64,000 nucleotides of DNA from Gaiellaceae bacterium (lineage in GTDB: Bacteria > Actinomycetota > Thermoleophilia > Gaiellales > Gaiellaceae), in NCBI GenBank assembly GCA_035514135.1, contig DATKBJ010000046.1, positions 6,147 to 70,146 on the forward strand, read 5' to 3'. The notes under the pieces are model-generated. The model was not told the origin of the DNA, ran no database searches, and worked only from the letters and a program-made list of their open reading frames with translations. Positions 54,051 through 64,000 of the stretch are shown here, in pieces; position 1 is the first letter of the stretch; the number at the start of each line of letters is the position of its first letter. Position numbers and translations under genes: made by a program.

Positions 54051-55315
54051 GTGGCAGTGTGTCGACTCTCCAACAATCGCCGAACGAGGTGTAGAGCGGC
54101 TGCGGTCGCGCGGCCACGGATCATCTCTCGATCGCCGGGCAGCTCCGTGCGGGCGCTCTTCTCGCCGTCCGGTCCGACCGCGTGGGCGAAGACGAGCCCG
54201 ACGGGTTTCTCCGCAGAGCCTCCCCCCGGCCCGGCAACGCCCGTCACGGCGACGGCGACGTCCGCGTCGAGCGCGGACAACGCGCCTTGGGCCATGGCGC
54301 CGGCGACCTCGGCCGAAACCGATCCGTGCTCGGCCACGAGCTCAGCAGGCACGCCGAGCCTCGTTCCTTTGACCGCGTCCGCGTACGCAACGACCGAGCC
54401 GACGAAGACGTCGCTCGCGCCTGCAACCGCCGTCAGCCGAGACGCGACCAGCCCACCTGTGCACGACTCGGCGGTGGCGAGCGTGAGCCCGCGCGCTCGG
54501 CACAGATCGAGGACGATCGCCGCGATCGAGCGCTCGTCCTCGCCGAACAGGTACGGACGGAGGGTCTCACGGAGCGAGTCGGCCACCTGGGTCCCGCGAT
54601 CCTGAGCCGACGGCTCGACGAACAGGTCGACGTGGATCTCGAACTCCCGCGCGCAGATGGTCACATCGACGCCCTCGCCCTCACCGCCCGCGGCCGCGAG
54701 CGCTTCGGCGACGGCGGACTCGGGTGTCCCGAAGAAGCGCAGGACACGGTGCTCGCGCGCCGGCGCACGGGCGAGCACGCGGCGCACCGGCTCCGTCTCG
54801 AGCGCACGTGGCCAGAGCCGTTGGAGCTCTCGCGGCGGGCCTGGCAGGACCACCACGACGGTGTCATCGAGGTCGAGCACCAGTCCGGGCGCGGTTCCCG
54901 CGAGGCCGAGCGAGATCGACCCGTCGGGCCGTGTCGCCTGCTTCTGCACGCCGGTCGTGAAGTCGGAGTACGGCCGGCCGAGGCGGTCGGCGATCGTGCG
55001 GGAGATCGTGCCGATCTCCGCCTCGAGCCCGGTGTCAAGGACGAGCGAGCGACCGGCGACTCGCGCCACGAGCTCGACCGTGCGGTCGTCGTGCGTTGGG
55101 CCGAGGCCGCCCGACACGAGGACGAGGTCGGCCTCGAAGCCCTGCCGGAAGGCGCGTTCGAGATCGTCGACGCCGTCGCCCACGATCTCGATCCGCGCAG
55201 GGTCGAGCCCGAGCCGGACGACTTCGGCTGCCAGGAACGGGCCGTTTCGGTCCGCACGCTCGCCGCGTACGAGCTCCGAGCCCGTCGCCACGATCGCCGC
55301 GCGGGGGCGGCTCAA
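54047..55315 (-). CDS. cinA: CinA: MoCF-biosynthesis-like domain + nicotinamide-nucleotide amidohydrolase
   Basis: AAIVATGSELVRGERADRNGPFLA, SGGLGPTHDD and C-terminal ESCTGGLVAS. The TTG at 55315 overlaps the upstream stop. Confidence 0.85.
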   Translation of the reverse strand: MSRPRAAIVATGSELVRGERADRNGPFLAAEVVRLGLDPARIEIVGDGVDDLERAFRQGFEADLVLVSGGLGPTHDDRTVELVARVAGRSLVLDTGLEAEIGTISRTIADRLGRPYSDFTTGVQKQATRPDGSISLGLAGTAPGLVLDLDDTVVVVLPGPPRELQRLWPRALETEPVRRVLARAPAREHRVLRFFGTPESAVAEALAAAGGEGEGVDVTICAREFEIHVDLFVEPSAQDRGTQVADSLRETLRPYLFGEDERSIAAIVLDLCRARGLTLATAESCTGGLVASRLTAVAGASDVFVGSVVAYADAVKGTRLGVPAELVAEHGSVSAEVAGAMAQGALSALDADVAVAVTGVAGPGGGSAEKPVGLVFAHAVGPDGEKSARTELPGDREMIRGRATAAALHLVRRLLESRHTAT

Positions 55316-56022
55316 GACGTGGCCCGAGTGATCCTTTGAGCGGTGACGACGAAGGTCGTTCCCGCGGGAAGCTCGGCGCGGTTGCCGTTCACGCGAACGA
55401 CGACGTTGTCGGGCTCGGCGAGGGCGAGCTGGAACGCACGGCCCTGGAAGGACTTCCGCTGGCCCTGCTCGAGGGTGCCGCTGTAGAGGAGCTTCCCGGC
55501 CGGGGACGTCGCCCGCACTTCCATCCACGAGCTCCCGTTCGCCGCCCTGACGAGCAACCGCGCCGTGCCGCGCGGCGCGGAGGTCTCGACGCTCGAGCCC
55601 GATCCCGCGACCGCCAGCCCCGGCACGTTCTCGTTCTCGGGACCTCCGAACTTCCAGGCGGCGATGACGAGCGCAGTCGCGACGGCGATCGCCACAAGCG
55701 CAACCGCTGCGATCCGCGACTCACGCGGGCCACGATCGCGCCTTTGCACCGGCACGCGTCGCGCCCGGAGCGGCGCGTCGTCCTCGCCCACCGTGAAGCG
55801 CGAGTTGTACTCGTCGACGAACGGCTGGCCGTCGAGGCCGAGCGATTCGGCGTACGAGCGGAGAAAGCCTCGGACGTACGTCGGTGCCGGAAGGATGTCG
55901 AAGCGCTCGTCTTCGAGGGCACGGAGATACTTCGGGCGGATTTTCGTGCGCTCCTCGAGTTCCGGGAAGTCGAGGTCCTGTCGAAGCCGCGCCTCGCGCA
56001 AGCTGGAGCCGATGTCGAACAT
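55312..56022 (-). CDS. RodZ-like HTH + DUF4115 membrane protein
   Basis: IGSSLREARLRQDLDFPELEERTKIRPKYLRALEDERFDILP, YVRGFLRSYA, a single TM segment and a C-terminal beta-rich domain. Confidence 0.8.
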   Translation of the reverse strand: MFDIGSSLREARLRQDLDFPELEERTKIRPKYLRALEDERFDILPAPTYVRGFLRSYAESLGLDGQPFVDEYNSRFTVGEDDAPLRARRVPVQRRDRGPRESRIAAVALVAIAVATALVIAAWKFGGPENENVPGLAVAGSGSSVETSAPRGTARLLVRAANGSSWMEVRATSPAGKLLYSGTLEQGQRKSFQGRAFQLALAEPDNVVVRVNGNRAELPAGTTFVVTAQRITRATS

Positions 56023-56093
56023 TGCGCGCGGGATGATAGACGGTCGGGGTCAGACCCACGGGTCTGACGCCGACTCCGCCTCTTGGGCGCGTG

Positions 56094-56435
56094 CTACTCG
56101 CGCGAGCCGACGTACTCGAGGAGCCCGTACACGCCGAGCGCGACAACCGCGGACGCGGCCATGCATAGACCGACGACCCCGAGCACGCGCCCGGCGCTCG
56201 AGATCCTCCTTCCGTCTCGATCCGCAGCAAGGGAAACGGCCGAACGGCGGCGGGCACCCCGCGCGAGCGCGAGTGCCACGAGGCCCAACCCCGCCCCGAG
56301 CGGAATGACAAACCCCGCGTGCAACAGGTCGTAGCGGTCGCTGAAGCGCGTCAGATAGACGGCGATGGGAAGAGTCAGCACCGATCCGATGCCCGCGAGC
56401 ACCGAGCCCCAGGACGAGCGCGAGCGTCTCTCCAC
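56094..56435 (-). CDS. Small polytopic membrane protein
   Basis: Three hydrophobic segments. It is tightly packed between the ABC permease gene and the rodZ-like gene. Confidence 0.5.
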   Translation of the reverse strand: MERRSRSSWGSVLAGIGSVLTLPIAVYLTRFSDRYDLLHAGFVIPLGAGLGLVALALARGARRRSAVSLAADRDGRRISSAGRVLGVVGLCMAASAVVALGVYGLLEYVGSRE

Positions 56436-56436
56436 G

Positions 56437-57651
56437 CTACTGCTTGATGTACGGGCGGCCGACGGCTGCGGGCGGAATGGAACGGCCGATGAGCCCGGCC
56501 ACGGCGATGAGCGTCAGCACGTAGGGCACTGTCGAGATGAGGTTCTCGGAGATGCCCGCCTCGCGCTGGAGCGGGATCGCGAGCGCGAATCCGAAACCGA
56601 ACAGAAGCGTCGCGACGAACGCCCAGCCCGGGCGCCACTTGCCGAAGATCACGGCAGCGAGGGCGATGAAGCCTCGGCCACTCGTCATGTTCTCGGCGAA
56701 GTTCCCGACGAAGCCGAGCGAGAGGAAAGCGCCGCCCAGCGAGGCGAGGACCCCGGAGGTGATCACAGCGGCATAGCGTACGCCGTAGACGGAGATCCCG
56801 ACGGTGTCGGCGGCACGCGGATGCTCGCCGCAGGCGCGGATGCGGAGGCCGATCGGCGTCTTGAAGAGAACGACGAACGTGAGGACGACCGTCGCCAGCA
56901 TTCCCCACACGAGAAGGTTCAGGCTTCCGAATACGCCGTACAGGAAGTCGCCGATCAACGGGACGTCCTCGAGGAAGGCGAGCTCGACGTTCGGCACTCG
57001 CGAGATCCCGCGCGGAATACCGGAGGGATAGAGCTTCGTGAAGAGGAAGCCGGTCACGCCGAGCGCGACCAGGTTCACCGCGAATCCACTGACGATCTGA
57101 TCCGCGCGCAGGTGGATGCAGAAGAAGCCGTGGATGAGCCCCAGGAGGCCTCCGAAGAGCATCGCCATCGCCAGGCCCACGATCCAGCTCCCGCTCCAGA
57201 GCGCTCCCCAGACCGCGAAGAACGCGCCCACGAGCATCATCCCTTCGAGACCGATGTTCACGACGCCCGAGCGCTCGGAGAAGATGCCGCCCATCGCGGC
57301 GAACGCGAGCGGCGTCGCGAATCGCAGCGTGGCGGCGATGAGCCCTGCGGTGAAGATCCCCTCGAGCGTCACCGCGTCGACACCCTGGATCCAGAGACCG
57401 CCGACCACACCGAGTGCGGCTGTGGCGGCCGCCCAGGCGCCGAGCTTGCGCTCGCCGCGCGCGAGCGCGGCGATTGCGAGAGCGCCCGCGACGATGCCGA
57501 AGACGAGCGGGACGGCGAGGTTCCGCGCAGTGAACGGCGGGATCGTGACGAGGAAGGCGCCGAGCCCGCATGCGATGCCAGCAACCCCCGCGCTCTGGCC
57601 GGTGTCGAGCCGGCGCATCGCATCCCGCGCGGAGGCGGCGTACGCGCTCAC
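56437..57651 (-). CDS. ABC transporter permease, BMP/nucleoside-type (second permease)
   Basis: Polytopic. The GTG at 57651 overlaps the upstream stop (alternative ATG 57618). The 900-aa listed ORF is an artefactual upstream extension. Confidence 0.85.
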   Translation of the reverse strand: MSAYAASARDAMRRLDTGQSAGVAGIACGLGAFLVTIPPFTARNLAVPLVFGIVAGALAIAALARGERKLGAWAAATAALGVVGGLWIQGVDAVTLEGIFTAGLIAATLRFATPLAFAAMGGIFSERSGVVNIGLEGMMLVGAFFAVWGALWSGSWIVGLAMAMLFGGLLGLIHGFFCIHLRADQIVSGFAVNLVALGVTGFLFTKLYPSGIPRGISRVPNVELAFLEDVPLIGDFLYGVFGSLNLLVWGMLATVVLTFVVLFKTPIGLRIRACGEHPRAADTVGISVYGVRYAAVITSGVLASLGGAFLSLGFVGNFAENMTSGRGFIALAAVIFGKWRPGWAFVATLLFGFGFALAIPLQREAGISENLISTVPYVLTLIAVAGLIGRSIPPAAVGRPYIKQ

Positions 57652-58871
57652 GGCGTCGACTCCCGCGCTTGAGGCCGGAAGCGCACGAGCTTCCCGCGCG
57701 CACCCCAGATCGTCAGGATGAGGAGCTCGGCCCCGACGAAGAAGATGACGAGCGCCTGGATGATCGTCGCGAGGTTCTTCGCGAGCTCGGGATCGAACAC
57801 GCTCGGATCGAGCTGGCGAGACGACGTTCCGACCTGGAGCGCTGCGAACAGCATCGCCGCGAGAAAGATGCCGATCGGCTTGTTCCGCCCGAGGAGCGCG
57901 ACGGCGATCCCGGTGAAGCCGACGGTGCTGGCCGGGAGGTTGCTCACATCGACTGCGAACTTCACCCCGAGGACGTCGACCGCCCCCGCCGTCCCGGCGA
58001 ATGCGCCGGAGATCGCGAGGGCGAGGAAGTAGCTCCGCCGGACCGGAATGCCGCTGTAGCGCGCGGCCTCGGGATTGAGGCCGACCGCTCGCACCTCGAA
58101 CCCGAGCGTGGTGCGATTCAGGATGATCCAGTAGACGAGCAGGCCCAGGAACGCGACGAAGATGCCCGCATGCAGCGCCTGGATGTTCCCCCAGAGCACC
58201 CAGATGCGCGCGGCTTCCGGAACCACATCGGACCGCGGGAGCGACGGGACAGTGCCCTGCAGCGGCCCTCCGAGCTCGAACAGGTACCGACCTCCGAAGA
58301 TAGCGATCCAGTTCAACATGATGGTCGTGATGACCTCGTGAGCCCCGACCGTCGCTCGTAGCAGTCCCGCGATCCCGCCCCAGATCGCGCCGCCCACGAT
58401 TCCCGCAAGGATCCCGATGAGAACGAAGAGCGGCCGTGGGATCCCCTCGAGGTTCGTCCCGACCCAGAGCGCAGCGATGAACCCGACCCAGTACTGCCCC
58501 TGACCGCCGATGTTGAAGAGGCCGCAACGGAAGGCAAACGCGACGGCGAGGCCCGTGAGCATCAGCGGCGTCGCGAGGACGAGCGTCTGCTGAAGGTTCC
58601 GGGCGGCGCGCGATCGATCGCCGTCGCTGAGCCACGGGAAGACGTAGTTGAAGCCCGTGCCCTCGAAGATCGCGCGGTACGCGGTGAGCGGGTTCCCGCC
58701 CGTGATGACGACGACCAGGCCGCCGATCAGAAATGCGAGCAGCGTTGCCGCGACCGGCACGGCCGCACCTCCGAGCCGCTCCGTAATCCCCGAGAAGGAC
58801 GAGCCGGCTCCCTCGGTCTGCTGAACCGGCGGGGGCGTCGGCTCGGGCCGAGGGTCGTTCGGCTCGGACAT
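57648..58871 (-). CDS. ABC transporter permease, BMP/nucleoside-type (first permease)
   Basis: 407-aa polytopic ORF. Its start overlaps the ATPase stop. Confidence 0.85.
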   Translation of the reverse strand: MSEPNDPRPEPTPPPVQQTEGAGSSFSGITERLGGAAVPVAATLLAFLIGGLVVVITGGNPLTAYRAIFEGTGFNYVFPWLSDGDRSRAARNLQQTLVLATPLMLTGLAVAFAFRCGLFNIGGQGQYWVGFIAALWVGTNLEGIPRPLFVLIGILAGIVGGAIWGGIAGLLRATVGAHEVITTIMLNWIAIFGGRYLFELGGPLQGTVPSLPRSDVVPEAARIWVLWGNIQALHAGIFVAFLGLLVYWIILNRTTLGFEVRAVGLNPEAARYSGIPVRRSYFLALAISGAFAGTAGAVDVLGVKFAVDVSNLPASTVGFTGIAVALLGRNKPIGIFLAAMLFAALQVGTSSRQLDPSVFDPELAKNLATIIQALVIFFVGAELLILTIWGARGKLVRFRPQARESTP

Positions 58872-60400
58872 CAGGCCGCCTTGTCCGACGTCGCCCCGCC
58901 GAGCATCGCGATCCCGAGCTGGTCGGTGGCGACGTCGGGCCCGAACTCGGCGACCACGACGCCCTCGTAGAGCACGAGGATGCGGTCGGACAGCGACACG
59001 ATCTCCTCGAGCTCGAGCGAGATGAGGAGGATTGCGCGCCCCGAGTCTCGCTCCTCGACGAGGCGGCGATGGACGAACTCGATCGCACCGACGTCCAGGC
59101 CCCGCGTTGGTTGTGCAGCGATGAGCACCTTCGGGTCACGGTCGATCTCCCGCGCGAGGATCACCTTCTGCTGATTGCCGCCGGAGAGAGCGCCCGCGGG
59201 CGTCTCCGGCACACCTCCGCGCACATCGAACTCCGCGATCAGCCGGCGAGCGTGCTCGACGAGTTTGGATGGCCGAAGCCAGCCGAAGCGCGAGTTCGGC
59301 GCCTCGCGGAAGTCGTGGAGGCTTATGTTCTCGGCGATCGAGAAGTCGAGCACGAGGCCCCGGTGCTGGCGGTCCTGCGGGATGTGACCGACTCCGATCT
59401 CGAACTGCTCCCTCGCTCCGTGACCCGTCACATCGAGGCCCGCAACCGTCACTGTCCCCTGGGCGACCCGGGTCAGGCCGGTGATGGCATCGATGAGCTC
59501 GGACTGCCCATTCCCGTCGACGCCCGCGATCCCCACGATCTCACCCGTCCGCACCTCGAACGAGATGCCGCGCACCTTCTCGATTCCGCGCTCGTCGCGG
59601 ACGTGGAGGTCGTCGACTTTCAGCAGCGTCTCGCCAGGTGTCGCCGCGCGCTTCTCGACGCGGAGGAGCACCTCGCGGCCGACCATCAGCTGCGCGAGTT
59701 GATCCTCCGTCGCCCCGGCTGCGGGAATCGTCTCGACGGCCTTCCCCCGACGAAGCACGGTGATGCGGTCGGCGATCTCGAGCACCTCGTTGAGCTTGTG
59801 GGAGATGAAGATGATCGACATCCCCTCGTTCCTCAACGTGTTGAGGATCCCGAACAGCTCCAGAGCCTCCTGCGGCGTGAGGACGGCGGTGGGCTCGTCG
59901 AGGATGAGGATGTCCGCGCGGCGGTAGAGCGCCTTCACGATCTCGACCCGCTGCTGCTGTCCGACGGTGTTGTCCTCGATCAGCGCCTGGGGGTCGAGCG
60001 CAAACCCGAAGCTCTGCGCGAGATTCTTCGCCTCACGCTCCGCTGCGACATGGTCGAAGAGCACCTTGGCACGCCGCGGCTCCATCGCGAGCACGATGTT
60101 CTCGGCGACGCTCATGACCGGAACGAGCATGAAGTGCTGGTGCACCATCCCGATTCCGTGGTCGATGGCGTCCCGCGGGGAGTGGAGGGTCACCGGCTCG
60201 CCGCGCACCCTGATCTCGCCTTCGTCGGGCCGGTAGAGCCCGTACAGGACGTTCATCAGCGTCGACTTCCCCGCCCCGTTCTCTCCGAGGAGCGCGTGCA
60301 CCTCCCCCCTGCGCAGGTCGAAGCTCACTCCGTCGTTCGCGACGACGCCGGGGAAGCGCTTCGTGATTCCCTTTAGCTCGAGGAGAGGGGTCTCTGGCAT
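58871..60400 (-). CDS. ABC transporter ATP-binding protein with duplicated ATPase domains
   Basis: [20 protein letters not shown]-type signature and ILDEPTA, then a second domain [18 protein letters not shown] and a D-loop. ATG at 60400. Confidence 0.9.
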   Translation of the reverse strand: MPETPLLELKGITKRFPGVVANDGVSFDLRRGEVHALLGENGAGKSTLMNVLYGLYRPDEGEIRVRGEPVTLHSPRDAIDHGIGMVHQHFMLVPVMSVAENIVLAMEPRRAKVLFDHVAAEREAKNLAQSFGFALDPQALIEDNTVGQQQRVEIVKALYRRADILILDEPTAVLTPQEALELFGILNTLRNEGMSIIFISHKLNEVLEIADRITVLRRGKAVETIPAAGATEDQLAQLMVGREVLLRVEKRAATPGETLLKVDDLHVRDERGIEKVRGISFEVRTGEIVGIAGVDGNGQSELIDAITGLTRVAQGTVTVAGLDVTGHGAREQFEIGVGHIPQDRQHRGLVLDFSIAENISLHDFREAPNSRFGWLRPSKLVEHARRLIAEFDVRGGVPETPAGALSGGNQQKVILAREIDRDPKVLIAAQPTRGLDVGAIEFVHRRLVEERDSGRAILLISLELEEIVSLSDRILVLYEGVVVAEFGPDVATDQLGIAMLGGATSDKAA

Positions 60401-60462
60401 CGGGAGGTAGTGGACGGGGCGGTCGAAACCGCCCCGTCCCATCGTTCCGTGTCTCGTTCCTT

Positions 60463-61497
60463 CTACTCGAGACTCGACGGTGGGTCGAGCTCGCCGCTCT
60501 TCAGCTGCTCGATCGCCTCGTCCACGGCTTCCTGCACTCCGTCCGGGACGCTGTCCGCGAGCGGGGTCAGCAGCTCCGAGTCGGGGTACTCCTGGATGCC
60601 GTAGAACAGGTTCTGGCCGCCCTCGAGCGTGCCGTCGACCAGGTCCGAGATCACCGCGAACACGGAGGACTGGAGCGGCTTCAGGGCGCTCGTGATGACG
60701 CAGTCGCCCTGCGCGGACTGGTCGGCGTCGACGCCGATCGCCCACTTGCCACCCTCGCAGGCGCCGTCGATCGCGCCGAGGCCACAGTCACCGGCAACCT
60801 GGAACACGATGTCCGAGCCCTGCGAGATCTGGTCGAGCGCGATCTCCTTGCACTTCGCCTGGTCGACGAAGTCCTGGGAGTACGCGTTGAGGGTGTTGAC
60901 GGTCGAGTCCGTATCCGCGACGCCCTGCTGGAACCCTGCGATCCAGTTGTCGACGGGCGGGATCTTGATGCCGCCGACGGTCGAGACCGTCTTCGACTCG
61001 GTCGTCAGCGCGGCGACGATGCCGGCGAGGTAGCCGGCTTCCTCGCTCGGGTACTGCATACCGACGGCGTTCGGCTGCTCGCAGGTTCCGGCGTCCTCGC
61101 ACCCGTCGCCACCGTAGAAGTGATCGACACCGGCGAACATCGTGTCGGGGTACTCCTGCGCGACCTGGATCGTCTGCGCCACGAGCAGGAAGCCGACGCC
61201 GATCACGAGATCGTGGCCGTCCTCCGCGGCGGCGGTGAGGTTCGCGAGGTAGTCGTCCTCGACCGCCGAGACGTAGACCCGCGTGTCGACGCCGAGCTCG
61301 TCGCCCGCCTGCTCGAGGCCAGCGATCGAGAACTCGTTGAAGCCGCGGTCGTTCGGCCCGGCCGTGTCGGTCACGAGCCCGACGCTGAACTCGCTTCCAC
61401 CGGTGTCGTCGTCACCGCCGCAGCCTACGACTCCCATCCCGACGACGGCAACGGCCGCCAACGCGGTCAATCGTACGACCCATTTCTTTCCTGTCAC
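60463..61497 (-). CDS. BMP-family (PnrA/Med-like) substrate-binding lipoprotein
   Basis: The GTG at 61497 is preceded by AGAGGAGGA. The lipobox is [28 protein letters not shown] is typical of the family. Confidence 0.9.
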   Translation of the reverse strand: MTGKKWVVRLTALAAVAVVGMGVVGCGGDDDTGGSEFSVGLVTDTAGPNDRGFNEFSIAGLEQAGDELGVDTRVYVSAVEDDYLANLTAAAEDGHDLVIGVGFLLVAQTIQVAQEYPDTMFAGVDHFYGGDGCEDAGTCEQPNAVGMQYPSEEAGYLAGIVAALTTESKTVSTVGGIKIPPVDNWIAGFQQGVADTDSTVNTLNAYSQDFVDQAKCKEIALDQISQGSDIVFQVAGDCGLGAIDGACEGGKWAIGVDADQSAQGDCVITSALKPLQSSVFAVISDLVDGTLEGGQNLFYGIQEYPDSELLTPLADSVPDGVQEAVDEAIEQLKSGELDPPSSLE

Positions 61498-61616
61498 GCT
61501 ATCCTCCTCTGCCCGGTTGTACACGCCCCGATACGACGAGGGCAGCTGATACTAACCCGGTTTCGGCATCGTGCCGCAAGGAAGAGTCGTGTCGCGCGGC
61601 CGCTGCGGGTCGCCGC

Positions 61617-63818
61617 TTACCGTGCGATTGCGCGGTCGAGCTCACTCTCGGAAACGAGGACTCGGCGTGGCTTGGAGCCCTCGTAGCCGGAGATGATTCC
61701 GCGACGCTCGAGCATGTCGATGAGTCGACCCGCGCGCGTGTAGCCGACGCGTAGGCGGCGTTGCAGGAGCGAGACGGAGGCGGTCTGTGTCTGGACGACG
61801 ATCTCGATCGCCTTGTCCAGCAGTGGATCCTCGTCGGGGTCGAAGTCGCCGTCCTCGTTCGACTCCTCGTAGGCAGCTTCGGGCGTTTCGAGGAGCGACT
61901 CGTCGAGATCCTGCCCACGCTGCGAGCGGCACTGCTCGACGACGAGGGCGACCTCCTCCTCACTCACGTACGCGCCCTGCAGACGCTGCAGGCGCGAGGT
62001 TCCGAGGGGCTTGAAGAGCATGTCGCCCTGCCCGAGCAGGCTCTCTGCGCCGGCACCGTCGAGGATCACGCGCGAGTCGGTCTGGCTCGAGACGGCGAAC
62101 GCGATCCGCGAGGGGACGTTGGCCTTGATCATCCCCGTGATGACGTCCACCGAGGGCCGTTGGGTCGCGAGCACGAGGTGGATGCCGACGGCCCGCGACT
62201 TCTGCGCGAGGCGGATCACGCAGTCCTCGACCGCCTGCGGCGAGACCATCATGAGATCGGCGAGCTCGTCGATGACGACGAGGAGGTACGGGAGCGGCGC
62301 CTCTCCTCGCGCCCGGAAGGCGCGATTGGCTTCGGGCAGGCTGCGTGCGCGGACGAACGAGAGCCGCTCGTACCGCCGCTCCATCTCGGCGACGACGTTC
62401 ATGAGGACGACCGCGGCTTCCTTCGGGCTGGAGACGACGGGCGTGAGGAGGTGCGGGATCGACTCGTAGTAGCCGAGCTCGATCCGCTTCGGGTCGATGA
62501 GGATCATCCGCACCTCGTCCGGGGTCGACCGAAGCAGCGTCGACGTCAAGATCGTGTTGATGCAACCCGACTTGCCCGATCCCGTGGTGCCGGCGATGAG
62601 GAGGTGCGGCATGCGCGCGAGATCGGTCCAGATCGCATTGCCGGAGATGTCCTTGCCGAGCCAGACGGAGAGCGGGCTCGCGCTCGCCGGGAGGTCGCCG
62701 AAGATGTCCCCGAGCGTGACGAGCTTCGGTGAGAGATTCGGAACCTCGACGCCGACGGCCTGCTTGCCGGGGATCGGCGCGAGGATCCTGATCTCGGTCG
62801 TGGCCAGCGCGTACGAGAGGTCGTCCTTGAGCCCCGCGACCTTCGAGACCTTCGTCCCCGGCGCGAGCTGGAGCTCGTAGCGTGTGACGCGCGGGCCGGA
62901 GATCTGGCCCAGGACGGTCGCCTCGACGCCGAACTCGGAGAGCGTCCGGACGAGCAGGTCGGCGGTCCTTGCGCTCGTGCCGCTCTTCGCGGTGGCGGCG
63001 GCAGGTGAGGCGCGCAACAGCGAACGATCGGGGAGCCGGTACTCCGTGTGCTCGGACGACGTCTCGAACACGGACTCGAGGCTCTCGAGGTCGGGCTCGG
63101 GCTCGTTCGGAACGAGCTGTGCGGCCTCCTCGGAGCGCGCTGATACTCCGACGACGTCCGGGTACGCCTCGGCGCCGTCGAGCAGGCGGTGCTGAGTCGA
63201 TGCGACCGGAGCGCGATCGCGCGCCGCGAGATGCGCATCCTCGGCTGTCTGCGACTCGCCCGACGGCCACTCGAACGCGCGCTTCGCACCCGATCCGGCC
63301 TGCAGAACGACGTGACCGGTGCGACGAAGGATCGCCCCGGTCGACGCACCCGTCACGAGGAGGAGCCCGGCGAGCAAAAGTGCACCGCCGATGATCGCCG
63401 CCCCCGTCGTCCCGACGAGCGCGGCGAGGGCGCCGCCGATCGCCAGCCCGATCCAGCCGCCCGAGTCCTTGCCCAGCAGGGTCATGAGTCCGAGAAAGCT
63501 CACGCCCACACCCAGGCGAAACGGGCGCACCTCGAGGAGGTCGCTTCGCGCGAGCAGGAGGCCTCCGAGACCGACGAGCGCGACGGGCAACACGTAGGCG
63601 GCGTTGCCGACGATGTCGGTGAGCACGCCGGCGAGCCACGAGCCGACGGCACCGCCGTCGAGACCGACGTAGAGGATCGCAGCGAGGACGAGGCCCAGCG
63701 CGAGCAAGCCGAGGCCGAGGAGCTCGTTCTCGTGCTGCGAGCGCTGCCGTCTGGTTCGCTTCTTCACGCGCGAGGGGACGCGTGGCCGAAGCGGCCGCTT
63801 CTTCCTCTTCGCCGCCAT
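61617..63818 (-). CDS. ftsK: DNA translocase FtsK
   Basis: N-terminal TM segments, a linker, the motor domain with HLLIAGTTGSGKS and VVIDELADLMM, and a C-terminal gamma winged helix (RVGYTRAGRLIDMLE). Confidence 0.93.
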   Translation of the reverse strand: MAAKRKKRPLRPRVPSRVKKRTRRQRSQHENELLGLGLLALGLVLAAILYVGLDGGAVGSWLAGVLTDIVGNAAYVLPVALVGLGGLLLARSDLLEVRPFRLGVGVSFLGLMTLLGKDSGGWIGLAIGGALAALVGTTGAAIIGGALLLAGLLLVTGASTGAILRRTGHVVLQAGSGAKRAFEWPSGESQTAEDAHLAARDRAPVASTQHRLLDGAEAYPDVVGVSARSEEAAQLVPNEPEPDLESLESVFETSSEHTEYRLPDRSLLRASPAAATAKSGTSARTADLLVRTLSEFGVEATVLGQISGPRVTRYELQLAPGTKVSKVAGLKDDLSYALATTEIRILAPIPGKQAVGVEVPNLSPKLVTLGDIFGDLPASASPLSVWLGKDISGNAIWTDLARMPHLLIAGTTGSGKSGCINTILTSTLLRSTPDEVRMILIDPKRIELGYYESIPHLLTPVVSSPKEAAVVLMNVVAEMERRYERLSFVRARSLPEANRAFRARGEAPLPYLLVVIDELADLMMVSPQAVEDCVIRLAQKSRAVGIHLVLATQRPSVDVITGMIKANVPSRIAFAVSSQTDSRVILDGAGAESLLGQGDMLFKPLGTSRLQRLQGAYVSEEEVALVVEQCRSQRGQDLDESLLETPEAAYEESNEDGDFDPDEDPLLDKAIEIVVQTQTASVSLLQRRLRVGYTRAGRLIDMLERRGIISGYEGSKPRRVLVSESELDRAIAR

Positions 63819-63866
63819 GCTCGGGCGATTCGACGCGCTCCTGCGCGCTCCTGCGCGCAGCCGTAC

Positions 63867-64000
63867 CTAGCCGAGTCGCGCGACGCGCTCGACGAGCAGA
63901 TCGAAGAAGCCCGCGGCGTCGATCCCGACGCCGACGTGCGTGTTCGCCCGACGATCGGTGCGTCGCCAGAGGTCGACCACGGTTCGTCCGCGGCACAGCT
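63867..64000 (-). CDS. C-terminal end of a nucleoside hydrolase-like protein (partial; the rest is outside the window)
   Basis: The minus-strand frame reads GRTVVDLWRRTDRRANTHVGVGIDAAGFFDLLVERVARLG-stop. This resembles the C-terminus of IU-preferring nucleoside hydrolases (G.TVVD...N..V..D..GF..LL). Confidence 0.45.
   Translation of the reverse strand, partial: LCRGRTVVDLWRRTDRRANTHVGVGIDAAGFFDLLVERVARLG

Noticed and set aside
56437-63996. The 900-aa ORF 56437-59139, the 678-aa ORF 61960-63996 and similar giant ORFs
   Set aside because: They are alternate-frame or upstream read-through of the ABC permease and ftsK genes. Composition is dominated by R, A, G and P, and they have no motifs.
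1-64000. Frequent 4-nt start/stop overlaps (ATGA, GTGA, TTGA) at about 15 gene junctions, and a search for CRISPR arrays, rRNA and intact tRNAs
   Set aside because: Such overlaps are the norm for translational coupling in high-GC actinobacteria. I used them only as support for start-site choices. No spacer-repeat periodicity, rRNA-like segment or foldable full tRNA was seen by eye.

Overview
High-GC actinobacterial-type chromosome segment. The gene order on the right half is the classic actinobacterial arrangement: ftsK ... cinA-thpR-recA-recX-rny-miaB-miaA-dapF, then hflX-dut. I read four blocks. (1) 1-17.5 kb is a dense envelope-glycan / glycosylation island. It holds five GT-C-like polytopic membrane proteins: two Chlor_Arch_YYY/DUF2298 paralogs, one TIGR03663-type protein and two GT39/ArnT-like proteins. 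It also holds a GT2 polyprenyl-phosphate sugar synthase-like enzyme, a GT4 enzyme, two methyltransferases, a eukaryote-type UDP-galactopyranose mutase homolog, a second UGM/amine-oxidase-like flavoenzyme, a secreted Thr/Pro-repeat protein, an IS3 relic and a truncated flippase-like gene. (2) About 17.5-25.1 kb is a heavily decayed integrative element or elements. It contains a frameshifted NucS/DUF91-like nuclease, a tRNA-Gly 3' half followed by an intrinsic terminator, two integrase relics, HTH and zinc-ribbon fragments and several small ORFs. (3) 25-46.8 kb is mixed. It includes an S8 protease, a GH99-like enzyme, a thioredoxin/amidohydrolase pair, pgsA, an RsiG-like coiled-coil + FHA + MerR + apt operon, uppP, two convergent sigma-70 genes, murT-gatD, nudix-dut-hflX and dapE-dapD. 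(4) 46.8-64 kb is one co-directional minus-strand housekeeping block. Because of the GC content, many very long ORFs in the six-frame track are antisense or alternate-frame artefacts and were not called. No rRNA, intact tRNA or CRISPR array was seen. The most interesting candidate for an undescribed system is the YYY/TIGR03663-centred glycosylation island with its embedded Thr/Pro-repeat secreted protein.
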